NCBI GenBank assembly: GCA_900088475.1
Contig: FLMG01001180.1
Span: forward strand, 1-43,191
DNA: 43,191 bases
Direction: 5' to 3'
Source: Hyphochytrium catenoides
Lineage: Eukaryota; Protista; Hyphochytriomycota
The first letter of the stretch is position 1; the number at the start of each line of letters is the position of its first letter. Position numbers and translations under genes: made by a program. Below the pieces are notes generated by a model, which searched no databases, was not told the DNA's origin, and saw nothing but the letters and a program-made list of their open reading frames with translations. This document shows positions 12,555 to 22,255 of the stretch, in pieces.

Positions 12555-14891
12555 TTAGAGCTTCTTGCCTACCCAAAAGCTGGCGTACATGTTTACTCTA
12601 TCGATACACTGGTCCTTCTCTCGAATTTGCACAGGTTTGCACTCGAAGCCATTCTCCGTGAAGAGCTTGTTATACCAGGGATGCTTCCCTGCACTACGCC
12701 ACAGAACCAAGCCGCCTGAACGGACTTTCCTGGCCAAAACTGAGATTTCTTCTCTAGCATCTTCCTCTGAGAACCAGTCCAGATGATCCATCACTATCGC
12801 TTTGGTAAGTTCGTTGTCCTCTATCTTCTCGCTCAGTACGTTGATAATCTTATCAGTGTGGATGCGGATACTTTTAAGCAGTTCGGGCCGTTCTCTAAAG
12901 GTTTCAAACGCACCAGAGGTGAGATACGTGGGGCAGCTCTCTTTGCTATAGCGGAGCATGAGGCAGTGGTAGAAGAAGTAGCTGTCGTTTTTGAACAGAG
13001 TGCACCGGACAATGGGATCCAGGGTGTTTGCCACATAATCATAGGCTGTGCCGTCCTCCAGAAGCATCTGCATTTGATTCGCAGGAACTCCTAGAGCGCC
13101 CCAGAGAAACTTGTCATTGTTGAGCAGCTGCACAAGCATTGGAGAGAGAATCTTGGGCCGAAGCTTCGTTTCCCAGATCTGCCACTGCTCTTCCAGGCTG
13201 TTCGCATGGCACATCTGATAGACAGCATCCCGTAAGCCAAACAGCTTGATGACTGCTTGAAAGATTCTGATAGCGAGTCCTGAGCACCCGGTTAAATAGA
13301 GATTGGTAAAGTTGTTGTTCCTATGCCAGAACTGATAGGCATAAGGGGACATCTTCGTAGCCAGTTGCGTCTCAAGGACCTTGTCAAATGCGGGTAGACT
13401 TCCTTCTCCAAAGAGCTTCCATAAATCTTCATAGCTAAAAGTTGATAGGGAAGCAAGCTTTAGCTCCAACATGTGGCCCTGCGCAGGGTTCATGTCTACC
13501 GCATGGATGCGGGCAGGTCCATGCAGAGCATACTCGAGCACGTTGCACCCTCCTGATGTCATCACCATCATTCGATCATCCGGCTGAATATCAAGAACCT
13601 TCAGATCCTCCCTAGGGTCCTCCCAGGCAAAAGCGTAGATGTAAGTATTGAAGAGGTTGTTCAACTTCGTATCAAAGGGCTCCCGCCACTGGACTCCGTG
13701 CCCATGGACGTGGTCTCGGTGTACAATGAATTCTGTTGGGGAGCTGGTAACTACCTCATGTGCTACGGCTGTGGCATCGCCAGCCGACATCTGGGGCAGA
13801 GGAGACCCGAGAGCTTTCTGCGGCTCTGTCTTTGCCATAAAGCTCTTCTGCCCTCCAACCCAAACATAGTACGGAATATAGATAAAAGGCCATAAGAAAG
13901 GGTTCAGATGGCTTGACATCTTCACCGTCGTAAACTTATGCTCAAGGTAGTCTCTGCGGGAAGGATGCAGGTAGATGCCATCCAGATCAAACCACATTGC
14001 CCAAAACCAGCGCATGAACCAGCCAAGCTGTCGGGTTGGGTCGCTGCTTGACCTCTTTGAGGATACATAAAAGTCAGCCACGCCTACAATACCATGTGGG
14101 CTCAGCAGCTCCACGATACGATCGATGACAGGGTATATTGTCTCCATCATGGAAAGAGAGTAAGAAAAGGTAATAAGAGAGACGTCCAGCTCCTCGTCGC
14201 CGTTACCCTTAAGATCTTCCTCCGGGATCTTGAAGGTCGTAGCATCGCTGCAAACGACAACCACGTTATCCCATCCCAGCTTTTCAAATCGTCGCCTTGC
14301 TACCTCGCACATGGAGGGCGTGATATCTACGCAATAGACCTTGTCAAAGCTTGAAATGGGCAGATACTCGTTCATTTTCTCGATGTTTGACCCAGTTCCA
14401 CCCCCGATGTCTATCCAAGCAAGGCGTTTACGGTTCCGCGGAGATCCGGCGGTGGACTGATGCGAGCTCGGCCGCTGCCTATGACGACTAGCGGTCCCGC
14501 TGTCTGTCTTGGCCTTCATTTGTGAACTTTGCCTCTCAGTTCCGGCATAGATGAGGTATGGGTAGAAGTGCATCAGCTGCCCAGCACATAGGCGGAGCAT
14601 CGTGTTTCGTCCCCTAAGAAGCCTGACCCTCGTGGTGTCATAGACCTCTACCTGGCCCTCATAGAAGTCTTCCAATCTGGACTGGTGAGCATTAGTCTCA
14701 GTGGTCTTTACAGATTCTTTGCGTCGCTTGAGAAAAGGCTTGACAAAACAGTTGTACGCGAAGACAAGCGTGGGCCTGTTGGTGACATACATCACACCCA
14801 GCACTACCGTGGCGGCAACAACGGCCAGCACCGCCTGGGGGACGATCAAGCTTCCTTGGAAGTCATCGAAGAGAGATTCAAATGGTAACAT
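12555..14891 (-). CDS. BTA1: Betaine lipid (DGTS) synthase, fused BtaB methyltransferase + BtaA (DUF3419) domains; intronless
   Basis: Single ORF (first ATG at 14891, MLPFESL; the ORF track extends to a TTG at 14933). N-terminal hydrophobic segment + FAYNCFVKPF, LEDFYEGQVEVYDTTRVRLLRGR, SAM motif WIDIGGGTG, FSYSLSM, GVADFYVS; second domain YIYAFAWEDPREDL, MTSGGCNVLEY, AVDMNPAQGHMLELK, MDHLDWF, terminal DRVNMYASFW. Confidence 0.93.
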   Translation of the reverse strand: MLPFESLFDDFQGSLIVPQAVLAVVAATVVLGVMYVTNRPTLVFAYNCFVKPFLKRRKESVKTTETNAHQSRLEDFYEGQVEVYDTTRVRLLRGRNTMLRLCAGQLMHFYPYLIYAGTERQSSQMKAKTDSGTASRHRQRPSSHQSTAGSPRNRKRLAWIDIGGGTGSNIEKMNEYLPISSFDKVYCVDITPSMCEVARRRFEKLGWDNVVVVCSDATTFKIPEEDLKGNGDEELDVSLITFSYSLSMMETIYPVIDRIVELLSPHGIVGVADFYVSSKRSSSDPTRQLGWFMRWFWAMWFDLDGIYLHPSRRDYLEHKFTTVKMSSHLNPFLWPFIYIPYYVWVGGQKSFMAKTEPQKALGSPLPQMSAGDATAVAHEVVTSSPTEFIVHRDHVHGHGVQWREPFDTKLNNLFNTYIYAFAWEDPREDLKVLDIQPDDRMMVMTSGGCNVLEYALHGPARIHAVDMNPAQGHMLELKLASLSTFSYEDLWKLFGEGSLPAFDKVLETQLATKMSPYAYQFWHRNNNFTNLYLTGCSGLAIRIFQAVIKLFGLRDAVYQMCHANSLEEQWQIWETKLRPKILSPMLVQLLNNDKFLWGALGVPANQMQMLLEDGTAYDYVANTLDPIVRCTLFKNDSYFFYHCLMLRYSKESCPTYLTSGAFETFRERPELLKSIRIHTDKIINVLSEKIEDNELTKAIVMDHLDWFSEEDAREEISVLARKVRSGGLVLWRSAGKHPWYNKLFTENGFECKPVQIREKDQCIDRVNMYASFWVGKKL

Positions 14892-15192
14892 CTTCCTCAA
14901 CTTCTCTCGTCGCTGTTTCTCTCCTTGGCGCAAGTGGCGGTGAAGTGATCAAACTGCTTCGGATGCCCACTGGATAGCGAAAAGCAAATAGTGAATCAGG
15001 AACCGTGGGCCGCATGTAGACTCAGGCTTAGCCTCTGCCTCTGCCTGGATGTAGAGTGAAGGCCCTGAGGGTCTGCTGATAGGAAAGGAGCAAGCTTGAG
15101 ATAACTCGAGCATAGTCAAAACGAGGAAGCGAGAAGAGGAGAGGGAATGGGAGGGAAGAGCGAGAGAGACAGAGGAGAAGAGCAGCGAGTGA

Positions 15193-15196
<4 letters not shown>

Positions 15197-15244
<48 letters not shown>
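15197..15244. repeat. (AG)24 microsatellite upstream of BTA1
   Basis: Perfect AG dinucleotide run of 48 bp inside a purine-rich tract (about 15120-15260), roughly 300 bp 5' of the BTA1 ATG. Confidence 0.95.
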
Positions 15245-15245
<1 letters not shown>

Positions 15246-18200
15246 CAATAGAAAGTGAGAGAGCAGGGCCAAAGATCGGGAAGGCTTCAAAGGGCCTCAC
15301 GATCTGCTGTCATTAACTATGAGAAAGAGGTTGAAGAGGTGCTCGCGCCAATAGTAAGAAGTAAGAAGGCTGACATGTGGACTGATGTCCAAGATCCCCA
15401 GGCGGATATATATCAGGTTAATGCCTCAGAGGTCTGAGTAGCAAGAGACAGTGTGCATGATTGATAGCGGCGAATCTATGGATCGCTGAAGTTTTTCACA
15501 AACAGCGCTAGATACTCTGTAGATAAGGGACGCTGCTGGACTGACACCGATATTTGACCTCTGTCATTTACCTAGAAGTAGGATTGTTCTGTCTCTTAGG
15601 GTCGCCCGGGGTCCGGGTGTTACAATTTGAAGGCAAGCGAATCTTCAGCTCTGGCGCGTGAGCAGAAGATTCGTCGGTGCGGCGGGTTCGGTCTCCAGCC
15701 TACGCCTCTTGGGACTCGAAGAAAGGACAATAGAGAAACAGCAGCATCGTTTGCCCCTGCTGCCGCCCTGGAGCAGCATCATCTAGGAAAGGCGTTTCTT
15801 CATCGCCTATGTCCTCTCCTCTATCCTACTTCCCTCCTCCGGCTGCGTCACTCTACTCTCTTTCCTCCCTTCTTGTTTCCCTATCTCTCCTGCCTGTCTC
15901 TCGTTCTCTAGGAGGTATCTGAAGGTCCCAGGAGTATCTTAAAGTTGTCGAAATGCCATCAGACCCTCCCCCTGCGTCAGTTTGATTCAGCAGCTTGCTG
16001 TCTAAGAAGGTGACGAGCAATCTGATGTATGATACGTAATCTCAACCCCTCTCTCTCAGCATCTACCTTTCGTACCGTCTCTCTGCTCGCTACCTCCCAA
16101 CTGTCGTTCTTTCCCGCCAGATAGTCACTCGCAGCACTTTTGGGCATGTGTCTGCATCTTTCTCCTGCTTCGAACCTATCCTCTTCGAGGCAGCTACCGT
16201 GTAAGAAGAAGACATTGATAGGTTCTCTCACTCAGAACCCCACCAGACTCTACGTTCTATAGAGAAAGGGCTATCTGTTTAGTCTCCGAGAAGATTCATC
16301 AACTTCAAGGCTCTGTCTATGAAGATTCATACGCGAAAGAGGGGCCGGCCACAAACCCTACAATGACGACTGGATACTCTAGGACATGCAGTAGATAGCT
16401 TTCGAAAAGGCACGCCTGAGCGTTTCTCATTCTACTGCTTGCTTGAGACTAAGAACCGCAACCTCGACAGTCTTCGATCATAATTGAGGGTCCTGCTATG
16501 ACCTCCGCATTGATGACGGACATTCTCGATGCACTGAATGTTTAGATATGACGACTATCTCCTTGCATTACCGGCATCCTCTCTCAGTGGTAAAGCAGCA
16601 CATAGTTCTAGTACGGTCATTCTTACAGAGTAGCCCAGAGGCCAGCTATGTCGTGTTTGTGAGCTGTGGGGGCCCTCAGGTCGTGTATTAAATCGGCAGT
16701 AACATGAAAGCTGCGCCTGTACTCCCTGCTTCTGAATCTAGAGGTCACTGCCGTCTTTTTCTTCGTCCTCGTTGATCCCTTTTTTTTACCTAGGCAGCAC
16801 CATATTTGAGCAGCAGAGTCTCCCTGATTGGTAGCTAGCTCATAACGTGCCTCGTTGCTGATGAATGCAGTACAAGTCTACAAAGGAGTAGGTGCCAGCG
16901 TAACAAAGTGTGTTGGCCGAGCTCTCGCCAGACTCTTCACAATCATAACATTGTCTTTCTCTCTCCTATAAATCGCTGCCACCCTCAACTGGTTAAATTT
17001 GAGCGCGCACGCAAGGAGATCTTACAATTCATCGTCGTTATAAGCGATAGTAGTGATTTGAGCGAACATCTTAATAGAAGATACAGAGGGTTGTCGTCGT
17101 TGCGTGTCTCTGCCAGTAATGATGATTGAGGGGTCCACGAATTATGTAACTAGAATATAGAACAAGTATTTACACACAGTGTCTAGGACATATTCCAAGA
17201 GTTGGCCCTGATAGCAGCCAGAGATATGTTCTCTTCATAATACCTTCATCCAGACCGCCTCGCAGGCTTCCTTCCGCTCCATTCTGGACAAGAGACTGTT
17301 CTGCTCGTACAAAGCAAGAAGTTGAGACTTTACTTTCGATATCCCTTGTATGGAGACAGTGGCCCTTCTTCCAGAGAGGCATTCTCTCTCTCATATTTGC
17401 ATCCTAACATGTTCCCATAAACGTGTCTACCCACGATATGCGTTGCTCATCGTGGACTGCGAGGAGGTGTCAACGATAGAGTATGATGTATAACTCGCAC
17501 TATCCCCAACTCTAGCCTTGTTCAATCAATCTGGTGAACTATAGACAAGCCCTCCTTAGAAGGATAAACCTCCGTCGTCCACGCCGTCATCATTTTCATC
17601 GGTGCCAGCAACCCTTGATGACTAGCTGCTGAGCTCCAGAAGGTTCTTTGAGTTTCAGTTCCACCTCGACGCTATGAAAAGTCAGCAAGGTCACCGCACA
17701 CTGCATAGCCAACAGACAATTCTCAATCCCGTCATTTGATTTGGTTTCCTGCTTTATCTTCCTCTAATTCGACTGGCAGGGGGAAAAGCAAGCGAAAACA
17801 GCGAGGTGGTGGTAGAGTCAGTCGAGTTAGAGGAAGAAGAAGTCTGACTGGGTCTAACCCGAGAAAGAACCTCAGCATCAACTCGCTGCCACAGCCTCTC
17901 GGGTCGTGTCAACAGCATCATTCCAGCTTTCACTCCACACGCCAGAGTTGCCATGGTCATTAGTAGTGCCGGCTGCCGGCTGACCCTGTTGAAAGAAGAT
18001 CGCTCAGAGAGACAGTAGACAAGTAAAGGATATACCTTTCTGAAGATTGTGCCATTGTCCCAGATACTCATACATTTACTGTACAAAACTGGAGCGGCAC
18101 TACTGTACTACACAGAGTCCTAACATTTTATACTGTAGATTGGAAGTTGGTGGTTATTTGGTGGTGAAGATGGATTTTCGCCGTCTGATAACTGAGTTTA

Positions 18201-18699
18201 AAGGTTCTTAGAATCTATGGCTCGATTACCAAACATTCGTATGAAACTGCCTTTCAAGCAATCACCATCCAGAGTGGTGGCCTTACAATATTTCTATGCC
18301 CTAAAAACTGTGCCTACCTTTCTCATTGTCTTCGAGAGAGGCGAAGCGCAGCAAGCATTGGTGCCAGAGATGCTGGTCAAAGACTGCCAATCTCTCTGAA
18401 GCCACCTGCAGGCTTATTGCATAGTCTGCCAGTAAGCAGCATGTAGACTCTCTGAAGAGCGTGAGGCTGCAAACCGTTTTGGGTTTACTTCTGAGACACC
18501 GCTAACGTGGGCCACGATCTCACCTTATTAGTGGTTATAGGAGCTCATAGACAGGGCAAGCATTGAAACACACAGCACGCTCTCGCGGGTAGCTGAAAGC
18601 CGGCCTCGATTTACGAGTACCAGAGGAGACACGTTCCCAGGCCATACATAGGTCTTGAGCTACATACCCGTTTGGCTAGGAAAGGGCACCATAGGAAAG

Positions 18700-19353
18700 A
18701 TGCCGAAGAACAAGGAGGTCAAAGAGTCGGACTTCGCAGTCCTACCAGTCTTCTTGAAGCCAGACTCTAACCCCACTGGCAGGGTTAAGATAGGCGTGGA
18801 ACATGACACCGTGAAAAACTTGGCCTACCAGAAAGTTGAGCGTGAAAAAGAGCAGCTACGACGGCAGCGTGAGCTTCACGAGTCCAAAGCTGACACCACT
18901 AGACAAGCTGCTCAAATGAGAGCTTATTTTGACAGAATAGACAAGAAGCGACAACAGAATGAACTGCTAAGAGACCTTCAGCAGCAAGTTTCAGAAGCAC
19001 AATCGCGTCATGCTTCATTGGCCAACCCTATCTCCCCCTTATCAACGACAGCAGGATTGACAGCGAAGTCTATTATTCCCATAGAACCCGACAATGCTGC
19101 CGCTCTGCGGCGAATAGAAAGCGAACGGCTAAGGGCAGGACTACACGGACAAATGAAGTCAAAGGAGGTGCAAAAGGAGGTACAACGGAATGTGAAGGAT
19201 TATGAGGACCAATTTTTCATGCAGAGCTTAAACAATCAGTTTTCAGAGGAGAGGCGGCGGCGGAAGGTGAAGCAGACGCAGGACGCAAAGCTTCTGCGGC
19301 AAGAATGGGATAAGCAAGTCGCTGCCAATAGGGCAAGGAGAGATATGAGCTAG
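18700..19353 (+). CDS. Uncharacterised coiled-coil protein (about 217 aa, intronless), possibly cilium/centrosome associated
   Basis: Open frame from ATG (MPKNKEVKES) to TAG; strongly E/K/R/Q-rich helical segments (KVEREKEQLRRQRELHE, LLRDLQQQVSE, LLRQEWDKQV). Function is a guess from composition only. Confidence 0.7.
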   Translation: MPKNKEVKESDFAVLPVFLKPDSNPTGRVKIGVEHDTVKNLAYQKVEREKEQLRRQRELHESKADTTRQAAQMRAYFDRIDKKRQQNELLRDLQQQVSEAQSRHASLANPISPLSTTAGLTAKSIIPIEPDNAAALRRIESERLRAGLHGQMKSKEVQKEVQRNVKDYEDQFFMQSLNNQFSEERRRRKVKQTQDAKLLRQEWDKQVAANRARRDMS

Positions 19354-19413
19354 GATTATAAGTACAATCTATAAGGAGCCTGACAGTGGTGGCGCAAGCT
19401 CTACAATCTCATG

Positions 19414-21530
19414 TCAATGTCCAACATCTCGGCACGCTCTAAACCATTCATGCTGTTGAGCGTCTCTCAGAAGTATTCGGTCTTTGGGACTCTTTTGGAG
19501 GAACTATGGAAGACATGAGAAAGAGAATCAGAAAGAAACCTTGTAGCCGAAGAGCTGTGATTGCTTGTACTTACCTTGCGGATGAGGTCCCTCGCTTCTG
19601 GAGATACAAAGGCTGGTATTCTATATCTCGCTTCCATTATCCTCTCAAAGGTATCCTCCCTGGCCTGCGTTAAGGTTGACGGCATTTAGTTGGGGTCAAA
19701 GATGCTGTTAGGGGCATCTAATTCCATACAAACTCTCCTTACCTGTGCTTCGAAAGGAGGATGTCCGACAATAAACTCATAGAGCAAGACCCCCACGGCC
19801 CAGACATCAACACTTTGATCATACTCCATGCCCTATGGTCAGCATGTCCATTCAATCCTTTTAGCTCCATGGAGGACGTAAAGCTTCTCCTAACCTATAC
19901 CCACTTACCAGAACCATCTCTGGCGCTAGGTAGTCCAGAGTGCCGCACATCGTCTCTCGACGATTCCTGCAGAGAGCGATGGTGAATATAAGTTAATCCT
20001 CATGAGGAAAGGAGAAAGGGTAACCTTGAATCAACTCTTGCAACAGACCACCCAAAGTCTGCTAGCAGCAAGTCGCCCTGTCAAATGCGAACTTAGTGAC
20101 CTAGTCCCATTGGGCATGAATCACGTAGGATCAACGCCGGTAGTACCTCTCCACTGAGTAGAAGGTTCTCGGGCTTGATATCTCTGTGCACAATGTTGAA
20201 CTTATGGCAGACGCGCAGAACGCTGTGTAAGCCTAAAGTGAGACTTCCACACTTATTCACTTAAGAAGGTCTTCCTGTTAGGGGTCTACCTGATTAGCTG
20301 ATAGATAAACTTGGCTGCCACGCTTTCCGGGAATCTACAGTAGAACGGCAATCAACTCAATGGCCAGGTAGGGCTCAGGCAGTGCTACATCTTCTTACCT
20401 GCCCTGCGGTGAAGACTTGAGAAATTTGTAGAGCTCGCCTCCTGCCGCATACTCAAGGATTAAATAGACTGATGGGTCCAGAGCAGAGTGTTCAGCCAAA
20501 AGAGTTTAGGAGACATGAGGCCTACGAGGGAACAGCTCACCTCTCTTTTCATCCTGAAAGTAGGCATATAGCCGTAGTATGTGTTTAGCTCTCATCCGTG
20601 ACTGAATCTCTACCTCGCGCTTTAGCTGGTGCTGCACACCGGCTTGCTAAAAGTCGTCCGCAACAGTTATAAGCTCATCTCAAGTGTCCTGAACTTAGCG
20701 CACTCACCACAAGTTCAGACTTAAACAGAACCTTCATTGCCACAATCTTCTTTGAGAGCTTTTCACGAGCCAAGTACACATGTCCTAGGAAAGGAGCACT
20801 TTGTCAGATTGGCGGTTGTGAGTTCGTCATGCAACATAGATTATGGGTCCAGACCAAACTTTCCCTTGCCCAAAGGCTTGCCAATCTCAAAATCGTCGAT
20901 CGACCATCTCTTTCTTGGCGATGGACCAGTAGACTCGCTTTGCGCTTGTGCCGCTGACTGAGGAGTTATAGGCTGCTGCGGGGTGTAAGACTCGGTACAA
21001 GCGCTGTGATGCCGCTGTTGAGTACTGTGCAACCCATCGCGTGAGCCTGTTCTCTTCATAGGGTCAAGATATGTTCTCTGTTCGTCTTTGGTGAGCTGTA
21101 TTTTCTGTGTAGGATGCCGGGCGGATTCCAGCTCCTTCTTCTCCTCCCCTGACACTCGGTTGAGAGCCTTGCCATCATATGTGTTATTTTGAGAGTGAGC
21201 AAAGCCGTCTGTGCCAAGGTCCCGCACATTCACCCTAAGATTTTCCTTTTCGTCCTCTAATCCTGCCTGTGATTGCACATCTTCAGGCTGGACTTTAGCT
21301 CTTCCGGAAAGTTGAGACGAGGTTGATGACGTAACTTCTATCCTCTGAGAGGCATGCACCTGGTGGTGCGACCGAGAAGCCCCAAGCCCGTAAGGAGCGG
21401 CGACTCCAATTGGATGTTGGGGCCCCGCGAACCTCAGCCTTGATGGAGCACTCCTTCCAGTGGCTCTGCTGTTGCTCTGAGCTACAAGAGGGATGCTTTG
21501 ACGTTGACGAGGCTCTCCAGCCATCGGCAT
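19414..21530 (-). CDS. AURK: Aurora kinase, multi-exon
   Basis: Long disordered first coding exon ending [19 protein letters not shown]; ten GT-AG introns join [95 protein letters not shown]; stop TGA at 19414-19416. Confidence 0.95.
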
Positions 21531-21906
21531 CGCTCCTCCCTCTCCAATGGGCCTATGGCAGGTTAGGAATAGCAGGAAGGCGTCCAGGAAAACAGACTCT
21601 ATTCAAAAGTAGGAGACCGGAAGAACTCCTTTGCGCAATGAAGAACAGCCACCAAGGGCAGTGCTCTATATCTGCCTAGCAAGAAGTGTCCGGAAGGACC
21701 AAACAATGCAATGGCGCTTCTCCTCTCTCACCACTCGCCTACGCTGTCTCCTATGTCTATTCACGCCTTGAACATGTACGGCTATGCCTTCAAGGACAGC
21801 GTAACAAAGCGCAGGTATGGGAATGAAAGGAAAGCAGCGAGAGGCAGCACCCAAGCCCAGAGCAGACAGAGAGACTCGGACGACCAAGCTTCATCTCCTT
21901 ATCTCC

Positions 21907-21991
21907 TTTATATTTTTAAAGTCCCCCTAGCCGTTCCGTAGCCGCTAACGCCTCTACTCATGATTAAATTCGGCATTATAGCCGCTAACGC
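21907..21991 (-). promoter_or_regulatory. Candidate Aurora promoter: duplicated 13-bp TAGCCGCTAACGC element plus TATAAA
   Basis: Exact 13-bp direct repeat at 21939-21951 and 21979-21991 (40-bp period), related TAGCCGTT at 21928-21935, and TATAAA on the minus strand at 21907-21912 pointing toward Aurora. Confidence 0.4.
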
Positions 21992-22255
21992 TCAGTGGTC
22001 TCACTCTGACTATGGTGCTCGGAGTGTGCTAATTTATAAGAGCTGATGGGAGGATAGGACGACGAAGAGGCCGTGTTGGCGGGAGGGACCAGGAGCTGAA
22101 CTGTGATGGATATAGTTTTTTTTTTCTGCTAAAGAGTGCCAAGATGTAGAAAGGATCGTGAGCACTGTGCTGCCCAAGGTGAAGAGGAGCTGGCGTGGAG
22201 CTCACAAAGCTTCTAAAAAGTATAAACACTTCCTGTCAACGGCTTGTACACTGAT

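Noticed and set aside
14949-15300. ORFs with LSLSLS runs
   Set aside because: Translation artefacts of the (AG)n microsatellite.
15900-18600. Short ORFs and a KRGRP-like peptide suggesting a transposase relic
   Set aside because: No DDE/RT/integrase motifs could be assembled; frames are stop-rich and unassignable by eye.
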